From NCBI GenBank assembly GCA_951406725.2, contig OX597827.1, forward strand, positions 3,782,001 to 3,846,000: a stretch of 64,000 nucleotides of DNA, written 5' to 3'. The notes under the pieces are model-generated. The model was not told the DNA's origin. It ran no database searches and saw nothing but the letters and a program-made list of their open reading frames with translations. Positions 1 to 13,649 of the stretch are shown piece by piece (within the stretch, counting starts at the first letter, position 1; each line of letters starts with the position of its first letter). The translations under genes and the position numbers were made by a program. The DNA is from Octopus vulgaris. Taxonomy: Eukaryota.

Positions 1-469
1 GTATATCAGCTGAAACATTGTGTTAACAACAAACAAGATGAGTAGGTCTGCAATGCAACATTTTTCTACTTGCTTCAACCAGTGTCATCTCGACCAAAAC
101 TAGATCCCCTTCCCTATGCTTTCTTCCAAAGCCTCTTGCTGCTCATATCCTTACATTTCATACACCCAGTTAACTCTTTACCTGGTAATTTTAGCCATTT
201 ACATTAAATAATCAAATTATTAGCACTTGTACCACCTACTCTTATCAGCAAACGTCTAATTCAGAATCATTTGTTTCTAAGATTTACTCAAGCCCAGTCT
301 TTGGCATAAATGTCTGTAACATATTCAATAGGCCTTAACCAAATCATTCAGCTCTCTCATGCTCAACCATTTTCACAAATTGATATAGGACATGAAGCTG
401 ATTTTAACTAACTTGTATATCTTTCAGTTTATTAGACCGTGACCATACCAAGATTTAAAACCCTGAATA

Positions 470-691
470 TACTAGAGGGTGCTGAAAAGTTCCAGGAATT
501 AAGGGTATTGCGAAAGGCTTGGTTGGAAATCTAACCTCCCAAGTTCTTTTACAGGTCCTGGGAAAATTGTAGGACTGCTGCAATAAGTGTGTGAATCTGA
601 AAGGGGAATATATTGAATAAAATCATAATTAACTGATCCTCCTGTATTTTAATTTACTCAACACCAGGAACTTTTCAGTATCCCTCTTGTA
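470..691 (+). mobile_element. Tc1/mariner-type MITE (internally deleted)
   Basis: Imperfect terminal inverted repeats TACTAGAGGGTGCTGAAAAGTTCC / GGAACTTTTCAGTATCCCTCTTGTA with TA ends; interior keeps a mariner-like C-terminal remnant (CNKCVNLKGEYIE*). Confidence 0.75.
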
Positions 692-1152
692 AAGGGACAA
701 AGCTAAATACTGTCAGGAATTTTGTCTGTCATACTAGCAATCCTGCCATCCAGAACCCCTAAACTAAATATTAATTTTTTTTTAACTGAGGTACACAATC
801 ACAAAATTCAGTGAGAGGCAGCAGTGAATGGCAATCATTTTAAAGATTGTTACATTAAATAGTAATAGTAGAACCAATAGAGAAAAATTGTAATTAGTAT
901 TATATTAATTACTGCAGAATAACTGGTTATTATGAAAAATAAGTATAAGACATACAATCTAATAAAAGAAAGTATTAAAAAACCTAAATTAAGGGCCAGT
1001 GACCCTACAAAAATACATAAAAAAAAACAAAATGCCCAGCAAAATAACTGAAACAAAGCAGGGAAAATTTAATAAAACAAAGACAATTAAAGAAAGCGGG
1101 AACAATTTAAGCTGGAGTGGAGTAACATGAACAAAAGCAACACTGCACACAC

Positions 1153-1199
1153 CTGAGGCATATGGAGATGATCCTGGTGATGCAATGAAGAACTCGCAT
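1153..1199 (-). CDS. PCDH: Protocadherin, putative coding exon 3 (cytoplasmic)
   Basis: Minus strand acceptor ttgtattattattcatag|AT and donor CCTCAG|gtgtgt. The 47-nt exon accepts phase 1 from the 10307 donor, giving (G+AT)=D-ASSSLHHQDHLHMPQ, and ends in phase 0. Unique sequence next to a simple-repeat tract. Confidence 0.6.
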
Positions 1200-2314
1200 C
1201 TATGAATAATAATACAACAATAATGATGACAATAACAATAACAATAATGATAATAACAATAATGATAATGGTAATAATGATAAGAGTGATATTGATAATA
1301 AGCATTTTTTAAAACGGTAAATATAATAATTATAATGATAATTTCATTTCTATTCAAGAACTTTACTTTTAAGAAATTCTTTTCTTAATTTGTTTTGGCA
1401 CCAGGACAATACTTTGTCAATCAATTTGTCAATAGATTAATATGACATTAATCAGTTCGTTACCAGATCAATTTCTCATCAATATCCAAGTTGAAATGTC
1501 TCCAGATTATTTCATTCTGTTATTATTTTAAATACATAAATTTTAGATTTAAGGATTTGTTTTGCGCCCTCCTCCCCTAATATATTTATACGTCAATGTT
1601 ATTTACATAACCATCTGTAACTAGTGCTGGTGACACAAAGAAAAAAAGCATGCTGTGAAGTGGTAGGGATTATGAAGAGCATCCAGCTGTAGAAATCATA
1701 CCAAAGCAGACACTGGCACACGATCCAGCCCATGGGCCCATCATATTCTGTCAAACTATCCAACCCTTGTCAGCATGGAATATGGACATTTTGATGAGTA
1801 CAGTAGAATTGAGAAACTAAGAAATATTGAAGGAATTATACAAAAATAGGGATGCCATCTTAATACATTCTCTGTTTAATTTTTTTTTACACTCTTTTTC
1901 AGTTTTTTGTTATTACTCTCATATTAACATAAAGAAGAGAAATCTGTATTTCTTAACATCAGTTCCCTACCTCGTTCATGCCTCATTTAAAAACTTATTG
2001 TTTATACTGACTGGCAAAGTGATGAAGAACTGACCTGGCATCGAAGTGACTCAGTTATAATTTGATAGACAACAGATTGATTGGCAAAGAAGTGGCCAAT
2101 GATGAATTGACAACATGCCATTGATCTCTTCTCCATACATAAATATATAAAGGTGTGGGCATGACTGCGATTAAGGAGTTTGCAGCCATATGGTTTCAAG
2201 TTCAGTCCCACTGCATGGCATCATAGGCATGGGTCTTCTACTATAGTTTTAGACCAACCAAAGTCTTGTGAATGGATTTGGTAGATGGAGACTGAAAGAA
2301 ATGCATTGTGTATA

Positions 2315-2355
<41 letters not shown>

Positions 2356-2382
2356 CTTGAATAGGTTGATCCAATGATCCAA

Positions 2383-2610
2383 AGGCAGCGAGCTGGCAGA
2401 AACTTTAGCACACCGGGCGAAATGCTTAGCAGTATTTCGTCTGCCGCTATGTTCTGAGTTCAAATTCCACCAAGATCGACTTTGCCTTTCATCCTTTCGG
2501 GGTCAATTAAATAGGAACCAGTTATGCACTGGGGTCGATATAATCGACTTAATCCGTTTGTCTATCCTTGTTTGTCCTCTTTGTGTTTAGCCCCTTGTGG
2601 GTAGTAAAGA
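2383..2610 (+). mobile_element. SINE family A copy with 23-bp target-site duplication
   Basis: Head GGCAGCGAGCTGGCAGAA, B-box-like GAGTTCAAATTCC, body GACTTTGCCTTTCATCCTTTCGGGGTC; AATAGGTTGATCCAATGATCCAA repeated at 2360-2382 and 2611-2633. Related copies near 5690, 8385, 9225, 11060, 13510, 16210(-), 17330, 18150(-), 25250, 31740, 34440, 37220, 40156, 46885, 53660, 63660(-). Confidence 0.85.
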
Positions 2611-4229
2611 AATAGGTTGATCCAATGATCCAATCAACTGAAACATCCATCAGAACCAATGGAGTGGCAGTGTGTGTTCATGTTTTCTTGTCTTGGCATC
2701 ATGTGATAGTTGTAAATGAGTGTCACTTTCATATAAGCAGTGTCATTCGTTTCCAGTATTCTTTGAAAACATATTTGGCCAAGGGGAAATATTATGTTGC
2801 TTGTAAACAGTTGAAGGCTGGTGACAAGAAGGGCATCTAGCCACAGAAAATCTGCTTCAGCACACTCTTTCCAGCTCATGCAAGCAGGGAAAAGTGGACA
2901 TTAAAACATTGATGGTGATAATGATGATGAAGATGACTGCTAATTATTGCTTTCGTTGACTGCGATGGAGTGAATAACAACATTTCCTTTAGCAAGATTA
3001 AGACTAAAAAGTACAAGAAACTTAATTAGGTACTATATGCAACACTTATGAATGAAACATTCTCCCACCTCACCACATCAACCTCCACTTTAATCATGTG
3101 CAGCATGCAACTAGCGCCTTTTGCAATTGCTTCAAATGGTCTCGGTGGCATTGATCAGGGCAACACATTTGGCTTACTGTCTAAGAGTGCAATGATCACT
3201 TTGGTTGGTTTCAATACAGATTTTGTCTGTCTAATTTCACTAGAGGCTTTTGTTAACTCACAGCTATGGTAAAAGATAATTTCTGAAGTTGTTACATTTT
3301 CATGTTGTACCTGAAGCTATAGGCATTGCTGTATTATTGAGAAGTTTGCTGTGGGAGAGACAAACACGCATGCACATACACACACACACACACATACACA
3401 CACACACACACATATACATGACAGGCTTTCTCAGCTTCTGTTTACCAAATTAACTCGCAAGGCATTATTAGTTGGCCTGGCGCCACAGTAGAAGTCTTTT
3501 GCCTAAGGTACCACACACTAGGATTGAACTTGAAACCATGCCATTGCAACACTATGCTTCTTAACATCACAGCTATGACTGAGCTTATTTTCATGAATCA
3601 AACACTTTAACCCACCAACCACGCCTGTGCTCATATTTAAAATGTATACACTCTAAAACATTGTCTTGCTATCTTCTACACGCTTTTGAATAGTTCTGAG
3701 GATTTACAAATAATAATAATAATAATAATGATAATAATAATAATTGTGTACAGTGCTCAGGTGCACTACAACTCATCTAAAGTCTATATATAATCAGGTG
3801 TAGTTTCGGCAGATTTCGGAAAGCATGAGGGCCTTAATAAATAGAAACATCAGTAAACAGTGGTGAGGATCCACTCTTTAGCCTAGTTTATGAACCTACT
3901 AATTTATTTATTAATCCAGATTTTAGAGAATTACCTACATGCATTCAGTAAGTTTATTTATATGATTTTACAGGGAACCTGATTTTTATCAATGTCAGTT
4001 TGTCTTGTTTTTTTATTTTTTTATTTTTATCTAAAGCCTGTGGTGTCACTGCTGGGTGACATGTACCATAAGTTCTACATTACTTCTTTAGACCAAAAAA
4101 AAAAAAAAAAATGTTACTTCCTTAGGCCCTTGTCTCCATAAAAAAAAATGACATGATACTAATATACAATAGCAGCATACTTATACACATGCATATGTAC
4201 CAGGTCACATATAAAAACATAGATATATA

Positions 4230-4316
4230 TATATACGGACAGACATAGATAAGCAAATTGATAGATGGATGGATAGATAGATAGATAGATAGATGGATAG
4301 ATAGATAGATAGATAG

Positions 4317-4347
<31 letters not shown>

Positions 4348-4458
4348 TGGAGAGAGATGGAGAGAGAAAGACAGATAAATCAATTGGTATAAAGATAGAG
4401 ATGGATGGATGGAGAGACAGACAGACAAACAGATAGATAAATAGATATAAAGATGTAA

Positions 4459-4511
<53 letters not shown>

Positions 4512-4600
4512 CAGACAGATAGACAGACTGAAACAGATACATAGTTTGTTAGACAGATAAATAAATAGCTACAAAGATAGACAGGCAGACTGACAGGATT
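4230..4600. repeat. (GATA)n/(GACA)n compound microsatellite
   Basis: Directly visible; similar tracts near 12310, 30500 and 45220. Confidence 0.9.
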
Positions 4601-5014
4601 GGTTGTATCACACTGGTGTAAAATGCAATTAAGCGAAAGAAAGTGCCCAATACTGCTTTTAGAGTAGAATAATGTTTATTCAAAGCTGAGATTGTGTGAG
4701 CCACTACATATAGTTTCTTGTTTGCAATCCTGAAGCATTCTGATACTTGTTAATTAAATCTGTTTAGGTCACGCTGAAGGCAACTTGGTGAGAATTACTG
4801 GCTCCATACTTGGACATATGTAAACAAGGGCAATATATTTATAAAAATTATTCTATAAAAATGTATAATAATTTATCTATAATGATTCATAAAAATTAAT
4901 CTATAAAAATTTATAATAATCTCTAACAATTTATTACAATTAATCTATAAAGATTTATTGCAATTAATCAATAAAAATTTATAACAATTTAAAAAAGCTT
5001 AAACATTTATTGGT

Positions 5015-5425
5015 ACAGGTGTTGCTGTGTAGTTAATAAGCTTGCTTTCCAATCACTTGGTTTTGGGTTCAGTCTCACTATGTAGCACTTCAGGTATCTT
5101 TTACTAAATCTATAGGCCAACCAATGCCTAATGAGTGAATTTGAAAAGAGGAAACTGTGTAGAAGCCCATTATATATAAATATATTTGTGTGTGTATGTG
5201 TGTGTCTCTTTGTATCTGTGTTTGAACCCCACCCACCCCAACCGCTTAATGATCAGAGTTGGTTTGTTTATATCTACGTATCTGTGCAGCATTAGACACA
5301 AAAGATTGATGGAGTAAGTACCAGGCTTAAATTATAAGTACTGGGGTAAATTTGTTTTATTAAACCATTCAAGATAGTACTCCAGAATGGCCACAGTCCA
5401 ATGACTGAAACAAGTAGAACATAAA
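5015..5425 (+). mobile_element. SINE family B copy (diverged)
   Basis: Colinear with the full copy at 57168-57626 (head, internal TA/TG tract, tail ending ATGACTGAAACAAGTA). Confidence 0.75.
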
Positions 5426-6046
5426 AAATTTAATATCTCTCCAGTCATCAATTACTAGGCTGTAATTGTCTGCGTTGATGCCTAAGTTCACCACAGACTT
5501 TAACTGAACGTTCCTCAGAAATTTTCCGTCAGTTATTGTGAAAGAACCTTTCTGTAGAAGATCCTTTTATTCACTGCAATTGCTTTATAGAAATTTTTAT
5601 AATTTGTTATAAATGTTGATAGATTGATTTTTATAATTTTTGATATTTGTTTACATATTACTACATGTCCATATAAGGAAATGACCTGGAGAAATTATTA
5701 GCATACCAGACAAAATGCTTAGTGGCATTTTGTCTGTTTACATTCTGAGTTCAAACTCCACCTAGGTCAATTTTGCTTTTCATCCTTTTGGGGGTCAATG
5801 AAATAAATACCAGTTGAGCACTGGGGTCAATGTGATTAACTGTCCTCCACCCCAATAGTTTTCTGGTATTATGTCTATTGTTGCAAAGGAGTGCATCTCC
5901 ATATATGGAACAAGCAATTGCTGCCAAATTTATTTTCAGTGTGACTAGGGCCATTTGAATTGGTGTGTATATAAAAAAGTTTCATTTACATTAGATTCAG
6001 AAACTTCCATTAGGGGCTCACACACATTCAAGGTTGAATATGAATA

Positions 6047-6086
<40 letters not shown>

Positions 6087-6407
6087 GGATGGATGGATGG
6101 ATAGACACATATAAATAGATGAGGACATAAGCAGGTGAGTAGACAGATCGATGGAGAGATAGACAGAGGAAAAGATAGACAAATAGATAGATTAATGAGT
6201 AGGAAAATAGACTGACTGTTCGTCACATGTATATAGTGGTGGGCAAAAGTAGACATACCATGTTGCATATGAGTGGAATGTTCTTTTCATTACTGTGTTT
6301 CTTTTTCTTTCTTTTTTTTCTAGGATAAGAATTCTATGATTCTACTTTCTTTTTAAGTAATTCTTTCTATAGTAAAGTAACGATTCCTAATTTGTGACAT
6401 TTATTAT

Positions 6408-6750
6408 ATGGCTGGAAATTTGACCAACAATGAATGAAAGTGGATCAGCAAGAAGTACAAGAAAACAGAGATTACAGAAATGGTCAGACAGAAATGGACT
6501 GAAGAATTTCAAAGACCAGCTCCATCAAGATGAACTATTTAAGAATATGTGCAAAATTTGAGCAGACTGTGTCCATCTGCAATGCACAGGAAAATCGTCA
6601 ACCAGTCAGTGTTACTATTGAGAAAATGGAATGCTTGTGGCTCAAGCATTCGCTCAAAGTCCCCAGAAGTATATAAAAAAAAAATAGGGCTTTCAATGAA
6701 CTAGACATCTTTCAGAGATCCTTTAGGTGACTTATGAATCACTTAGGTAA
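6408..6750 (+). mobile_element. Decayed IS630-Tc1-mariner transposase N-terminal (HTH) fragment
   Basis: Translation across stops and frameshifts: MAGNLTNNE*KWISKKYKKTEITEMVRQKWTEEFQRPAPSR*TI...ICAKFEQT...AQAFAQSPQK...MELDI, resembling the DUF4817-type HTH of Tc1/mariner transposases. Confidence 0.6.
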
Positions 6751-7269
6751 AAAATAAATAGAGAAAGGAAGAGAATATTCCACTCATATTAAGCAACTGT
6801 GTACCTACTTTAGCTCATGCCTATATATGTATGTCTTTACAGATGTATGACTCTATGTAGATAGATGGATAGGCAGAGAGACAAATAGATAGATAGAGTG
6901 ATAGATAGATAGATAGAGAAAAACTCGATTGATGGCTTGGCGCATAGGTATAAACACACACACACACACGATTATACGTATGTAACATGCTGACAAACAG
7001 ACACATTTTTATCTGTCTGTTAGCAATGATATACAAAACCAGATAAGCCAGGATATACAATTAGGCAATGGTTATTGACAGAAAATACAGACAAAAATAT
7101 GACAGGTTAAACATTTGTACAAAAAACATCTGAGACATTTAAAGTTAGACAATGAAAACTATGACGTTTTTAGTCTAAGATGTCATCCATAATATTTCCG
7201 ATTAGATATTATAAGAAATGACATAAAATACATTAAAATCTAGTAATTTAGAGTGATATGAAATATAGA

Positions 7270-7304
<35 letters not shown>

Positions 7305-7688
7305 GGAAAAATGAAAAACGGTGTAAATGTAAAAATGTAAAAAAAAAGTAAAGAATGAATAGGGATGTTTCAAAGTGGTTATTTATCTTAATTTGTCATC
7401 CAGCTTCAACTCATGATCATATCTATTAAAGTACATTCTTAACATGGAGAGCATCTGAGTTCTTCCATAATTTTTTTTATGTATACATATATATTTTTGA
7501 TGTGGGATGAAGAAGTTTGGGAACTTATTTGAATATTTTTGCAACGGAATTAGCATTCATCCTATCCAGTGTCTGTATGTAGGGGAGAGGATGTGTTTCA
7601 CATGGAACCAGAGATAAGCACCATTCATGTGGATTTTTATGGTTTAGAAAAAGGATCAGCTAGCTTTATATATAAATAAATAGAGACA

Positions 7689-7946
7689 TGTGGAGGCGCG
7701 TGGCTTAGTGGTTAGGGTGTTGAACTCATGATTGTAAGGTTGTGGTTTCGATTCCTAAACCGGGCGATGCATTGTGTTCTTGAGCAAAACACTTCATTTC
7801 ACGTTGCTCCAGTCCACTCAGCTGGCAAAAATGAGCAATGCTGCGATGGACTGGTGCCCCGTCCAGGTGGGAAACACATACACCATAGAAGCCGGGAAAC
7901 CGGGCCCATGAGACTGGCTAGGCTTTAAAAGGGCACATTTATATTT
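7689..7946 (+). mobile_element. tRNA-derived SINE with 12-bp TSD
   Basis: A-box TGGCTTAGTGG and B-box GGTTTCGATTCC; TAAATAGAGACA duplicated at 7677-7688 and 7947-7958. The head resembles the 23543 and 24712 SINEs but the body differs. Confidence 0.85.
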
Positions 7947-8315
7947 TAAATAGAGACACATTGAATTAAGAGTTAAAATGTAAAATTTCTTCTTGTTCAG
8001 TGATTCGATAATTTTTTTCTTTTACTTTTCTGTGTTGTTGGTGATGGTGGAGACAGGCATTGAAGCCAATAAAAGAAATCATCATTGTCTTCATCATTAT
8101 TATTTAAAATCATTATAAAACTAAATACAGCAATTTATTAATAATTGTAATGATGATGATGATGATAATGACGACAGTGGTGGTGGTCATCGTCATTGTC
8201 ATCATAATGATGAAGAAATAGTAATAGGGATTATTTTATCATCATCATCATCATTATTATCATTATTATCATTATTATTATTATTATTATTGTTGTTGTT
8301 ATTATTATTATTATT

Positions 8316-8380
<65 letters not shown>

Positions 8381-8594
8381 TAGGTGGTAAGCTGGCAGAA
8401 CCATTAGTGTGCTACAGAAAATGGTTAGTTCGAATTCTGCCAAAGTCAACTTTGCCTTTCATCCTTTCAGGATCAATAAAAATAAGTACCAGTTGAAAAG
8501 TGGGGTTGATGTAATTGACTCATCCTCTCCCCTGAAATTGCTGCCCTTGTGGCAAAATTCGAAACCATTATTATTATTATTATTATTATTATTA

Positions 8595-8644
<50 letters not shown>

Positions 8645-9105
8645 GAGTGAGAGAGCAGTTCATGCCATCAAAGTGACACTGGGGTAAAATATACGAAGCC
8701 CAATATACCCATCATGACTACCCGTCTGATAAAGGTACACCAGGCACATGCATCACAACCATATGTGCGCGACATGGTGATCTCATATCAAGATAAACAG
8801 CACATGACCTTGCAGGTGGGGCCCAGTTAGAATTTTCTTCAGGTCGAGTAGCCCATCCCGCTCAAACGGTCCCTGAATAAGGGTTGTTTAAGGATGTTGA
8901 AGGAACCACCCATGTTTCCAGAGGTGAATTATTCAAACCCCAAAGAATCCCTCTCAACACATGGCTATGATGCTCCCCCACTACTTCTGCTCGTGATCAG
9001 AGATGCACATATCGTCAGCCACTAAGGGACATGCTCAACTGGTTAAGGTCAAACAACTGACAAGCAAATCTGTGGTATTGAGCAGAATATTTGCTGTAGC
9101 CCATC

Positions 9106-9108
<3 letters not shown>
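8645..9108 (-). mobile_element. Non-coding retroposon inserted in (TAA)n, truncated copy
   Basis: Reverse complement of most of 25727-26293, sharing the same end next to the TAA tract; both flanks are (TTA)n. Confidence 0.8.
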
Positions 9109-9138
<30 letters not shown>

Positions 9139-9142
9139 GTTG

Positions 9143-9183
<41 letters not shown>

Positions 9184-9597
9184 GTTGTTATTATTATTAT
9201 TATTATTATTATCATCATTTTTAAGGCTGTGGGCTGGCAGAATCACTAGCATGCTCCCAGCTTTCCATCCGCTGCTGGGGGTCAACTTTGCCTGTCATTC
9301 TTTTGGGATCAATAAAATAAGAACCAGTCAAGCTGAATCAATGTAATTAACTAACCTCCTCTCCAAAGATTACAGGCCTGTATTAGAAAGGATTATCATT
9401 ATTATTATTATTATCTACCATCACTGTTTTTTAAACCTTTGTATGCTTTGCCTATGTCCCTTCTTTTTCAGGGTATACTATGTATACTTAATTTCTTTCT
9501 TTTTTTCGTTTTTTTACCATTTCATTATATGCAAACCCCCACACTTTGTCTTTGTATTGTCCTCTTCATCCTTCACCCTTGTGGCAAACAAATGAAA

Positions 9598-9654
<57 letters not shown>

Positions 9655-9711
9655 GTAGTAGTAGTAGTAGTAGTAGTAGTCGTAGTAGTAGTAGTGGCGG
9701 TAGACGTCGTT

Positions 9712-9770
<59 letters not shown>

Positions 9771-10306
9771 TGATAATAATAGTAATAATAATACTGATGA
9801 TGATAACAATGATGAAATTAATAAGAGTCAGAGTAATAAGATAAACTACAATAAAACTATAACGCTAAGCTTTGTTACTATCAAGCTACTGGATTCTGGT
9901 TTGAAATAATATTCCCTCCATTAGGTCTTCTTGATAAGATAAAATGTTTTGCTGAGATGAAAATACAAACATAAAGAAAAAGAAAAAAATCTTGTATTCC
10001 TTAGATCTTTCAAACATAAGTATTTTACTCTAAAAATACCATGCTGTGTGCTGCAATTATTTTAGACTTCCAACATGTTTAGCTGACCTTCACTAACCAG
10101 GTTTGACTCAACCAGCAAATAATCTACAGGGGAGCTTCTAATTCTGTTTCTCAAATAAAAATGTAGCCTTTAGGAATAGAGAATTCCCCTTTTTACTTCA
10201 ACCGATTTTAATAGTGCCTTGTTTGTACATAGTTCAAAGATTCCATCAGAGCAAAACCATTTGAATGCATTGCATGCCACAGATAGGTTGTAATCTTTGA
10301 ACTTAC

Positions 10307-10457
10307 CAGCTAGGGTTTCATAAAGCCCGTTGTTTCCACCTTCACTGTTTATGCTAGGACCACAGTCATCTGAACGAGATGATATCGTTGAAGATTCATT
10401 CAGATGTTTTTCTTTTTTACCTGCACCAGATGTCACAGCAGTGTCTTGAAAGCACAT
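10307..10457 (-). CDS. PCDH: Protocadherin, coding exon 2 (cytoplasmic)
   Basis: Acceptor ttttttttcatag|ATG in phase 0 matches the 26681 donor; consensus donor GCTG|gtaagt. 151 nt encoding MCFQDTAVTSGAGKKEKHLNESSTISSRSDDCGPSINSEGGNNGLYETLA plus 1 nt. Confidence 0.8.
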
Positions 10458-12324
10458 CTATGAAAAAAAATATACAAGATAACGATAATAATTAAAGGTA
10501 GAGAATTAATTAATTTTTTCTCTCTCTTCTAGACACAATGTAGATTTGTGAGGGGAAGTTGTATAATCCAATCTACTACTGAATTTTAATGGAATTTGTC
10601 ACTGTTTGACTAATAACAAGGTTCTTTATTCTATTAATGTTTTTGAAGCATGATATAGCTGATTGAGTCAACCAAGTATTGTAAGATGTCCTTATTGAAT
10701 TTTCAAATATTTTATTATGAGACCCTGTTCAATTTATATCATTCTAAACACAAACTTAAGACTTGCTTGTAGTTTTCACAAGCCATACACAATATCAATA
10801 AATAAACGGAGAAGCTTTGCGATTAAATGTACATAGCAAAATCATTTCAGGCCTTGCCCTAAAATAACTTTGATGTTATAACCCCAAGAGCAAGGCAAGA
10901 AATAATTTCATATATAGATATTGTTAATTGGTTCATCTGCTCTGTGGAGTGTTTCATAGCTTTGTCATTAATATTAGCAATGAGCACAAAGGTCAGTGAG
11001 TTCACAGGAAGAATAGATTACTTATGAAATGCCCAACAGCATTTAAACACATTTAGATACATCTTTCCGAGTTCAAAATTTTGCCAGGTTCAACTTTGTC
11101 TTTCATCCCTCTGGCATTAATAAAATAAATATCAAGTACATTCTGTGACTAGAATTGATTGACTATATCTCTTTTAACTTTATAACAATGCAAGAAATCT
11201 ATATTGAAGCAGAGTACAGAGAGCTGTTAGTTGGAAGATATCATAGAACATATGAATAGATATGATAAACTATTAAATTAAATCTATCATTTTGAGTTCA
11301 AATTCCACTGAGAGTTGACTTTGTTTTACATCAGTTCAGACATTGACGTATGAAAAGCTAGCAAAATGCTGAGGTTAATTTTATCAATTACAATAACCTT
11401 TTTCTGCATAAAAATATTGATTTGTTTGCCCAAGGGAGAAATTAATATGGTATGTTGAGTAAATTAATCTATCGGTGTTTACATTGCATATGGACGCAGG
11501 CCTGGTTGAACTTTTAAATGACATAATGTTATGTTTGTATATATTGAAATACATAGATTTAATTGTATTTGTAGCTTACACCCGATATGTAGGCATACCT
11601 TCCTCTAATAAAAAGATTTGACTCACACAGACACACAGACACACATACTTCAAAGACCTAAATTCAGTTATAAAAAAAAATTTATGCTAAACATTATCAG
11701 TTACATTTGGACATCTTTTTATAAAATAAATGCCATATGTTACAATGAGAACACTTTATTTATAAATCCTCCTTCTCCTCATCATCATCATTGTCATCGT
11801 CATCTTCATCATCATTATCATCATCCTCATCATCGTCATCATCATCCTCATCTTCATCGTCATTGTCACCTTCATCATCATGGTCGCTGTCTTCAATATC
11901 ACTGATGACTATGATGTCAGTAGCAGCAATGGCATCATCATCATCATCATCACCACTTTATAAATGAATTTTGTAGACAGAAACAATATAAAGTCAATCA
12001 TATGTGTGTGTATGTATGTGTGTCCTTGTATGTGTGCCTGTATATGTGTGCGTATGTGTAAATGCATGATTGTGCAACTGACATATTGTTAATAGTTTAC
12101 TTGGTGCTGCTGTTGACATTTCTAGTTGGTACCATGACTTCTTCCACTGCACTTTCAAAAAATACCCTACCTGATAAAACAGGTATGGTTTGATCACAGG
12201 AGAAGCATCTTGGTTGTAAAAATCCTACCTCAAAACTCCTCTCCACTCTATGATAGCATGGAAAAATAGATGCTAAATGAACGACCAAATAAGTGTTGTC
12301 TTTATCACTATATCTATCTGTCCG

Positions 12325-12372
<48 letters not shown>

Positions 12373-12373
12373 C

Positions 12374-12420
<47 letters not shown>

Positions 12421-12899
12421 TATATATACTAAAAGTCTAGTCCTTTTTGTGCTGGTATGGTGGGCTGTGTGCAGTGTTGGTATGGTGGTCTGTGTGCATC
12501 AGTGGTACTGAGAGCTATGTCAGTGGAACACAAGCTCCTTGTATGGTATCACATGCTGACCCCATTCTTAGATATTTGTCATTTTACATATGTATATATA
12601 TATGTGTGTGTGTGTGTTATTTGTTTTTAGGTTTAATTATAATAAAACAATTTTGCATTTAATCTGACTCTGTAGTTTTGATGAGTACTAAATTAATTAT
12701 TCTTAAACAAGAATATTTTTGACAGTGACATCGAAGTTTCAGCCTATTGAGCATGTGTGCATGTGTGTGTGTGTGTGTGTGTGTGAGAGATGCCTTGATC
12801 TCCCATAAAAACCTGTCTCAGATGCATTTCTGACCAACCAATGCAAGGTTGGTAAAATGGATGTCGAATGAACAAATAAAGCTCTTAAAAAAGGATGTC

Positions 12900-13480
12900 A
12901 GTTGCAACACCTGTTTTTCTCATTCTTATATGTTGAAGTCTGGAGAAATTAATCCTAGCAGTGATTGACAGAAATGATTATGAAAACTTCAGCAATTGGT
13001 TCTATTCATTGAAATTGCATGGGATAAATAAAATATTGATTACTTGGTGAAATACCATCATGACATACTCGGATATTTCTAAAAAAAGTTGTCTACGAAA
13101 GCAAAATCTTTTTTTTTAATTTTATAAAAAAGATAAAAGAAAATGAATGTAAAAAAAACAACCATAATATTATGCACCAAATTGAGTTATCTGGTGAATA
13201 ACAGAATAAATTGAGACAGATAGTAAAGATAGGATTTAAGATAACTACAAATGTTGTTGCAGTATATATTTTTATTGACAGGATTCTTTGGTTGTCCCAG
13301 AGTGGTACTCTACCACTTTTAGGAAATTTTATTTTCGATTTTCTTATTATTTCGTATTGTTTTGTTTTTTTATACATGTATATTTAAATCTATATGTAAA
13401 TCCCCTTTGCTCTTTCTTTGTTTTGTCCTGAATATCGTTTTTTTTTTTTTTTTTTGCACTTGAGGCCATTAAAGAAAATA
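12900..13480 (+). mobile_element. L1/Tx1-like LINE 3' remnant (copy 1)
   Basis: About 210 bp (12900-13110) clearly homologous to 14810-15015; contains QHLFF of a zf-RVT-like motif; no intact frame. Confidence 0.5.
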
Positions 13481-13649
13481 CCATTATAATTGAGTAAGAG
13501 AGCAGCACACACCTTGACTGTCCCTTTCATCCTTTTGGGGTCAATAAAATACGTACTGGTTGAATATTGGAGCTGATGTAACTAACTTACCCTCTCCCCC
13601 TATCTTGCTAACCTTGTGCCAAAATTTGAAATTATAATTATTATTATTT

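Noticed and set aside
3030-3312. Minus-strand near-open frame after cttcag (VQHENVTTSEIIFYHSCEL...) as a protocadherin exon
   Set aside because: Weak pyrimidine tract; in the phase required by exon 2 it stops after three codons; no recognisable homology.
4700-4745. Minus-strand TTCAGGA..GAAAC TATAT GTA hammerhead-like string
   Set aside because: The core is broken and no stem I complement exists.
8231-9909. Poly-L/I/N/Y ORFs
   Set aside because: Translations of (TAA)n/(TAG)n microsatellites.
11618-11905. His-rich ORF
   Set aside because: (CAT)n-derived simple repeat, antisense within an intron.
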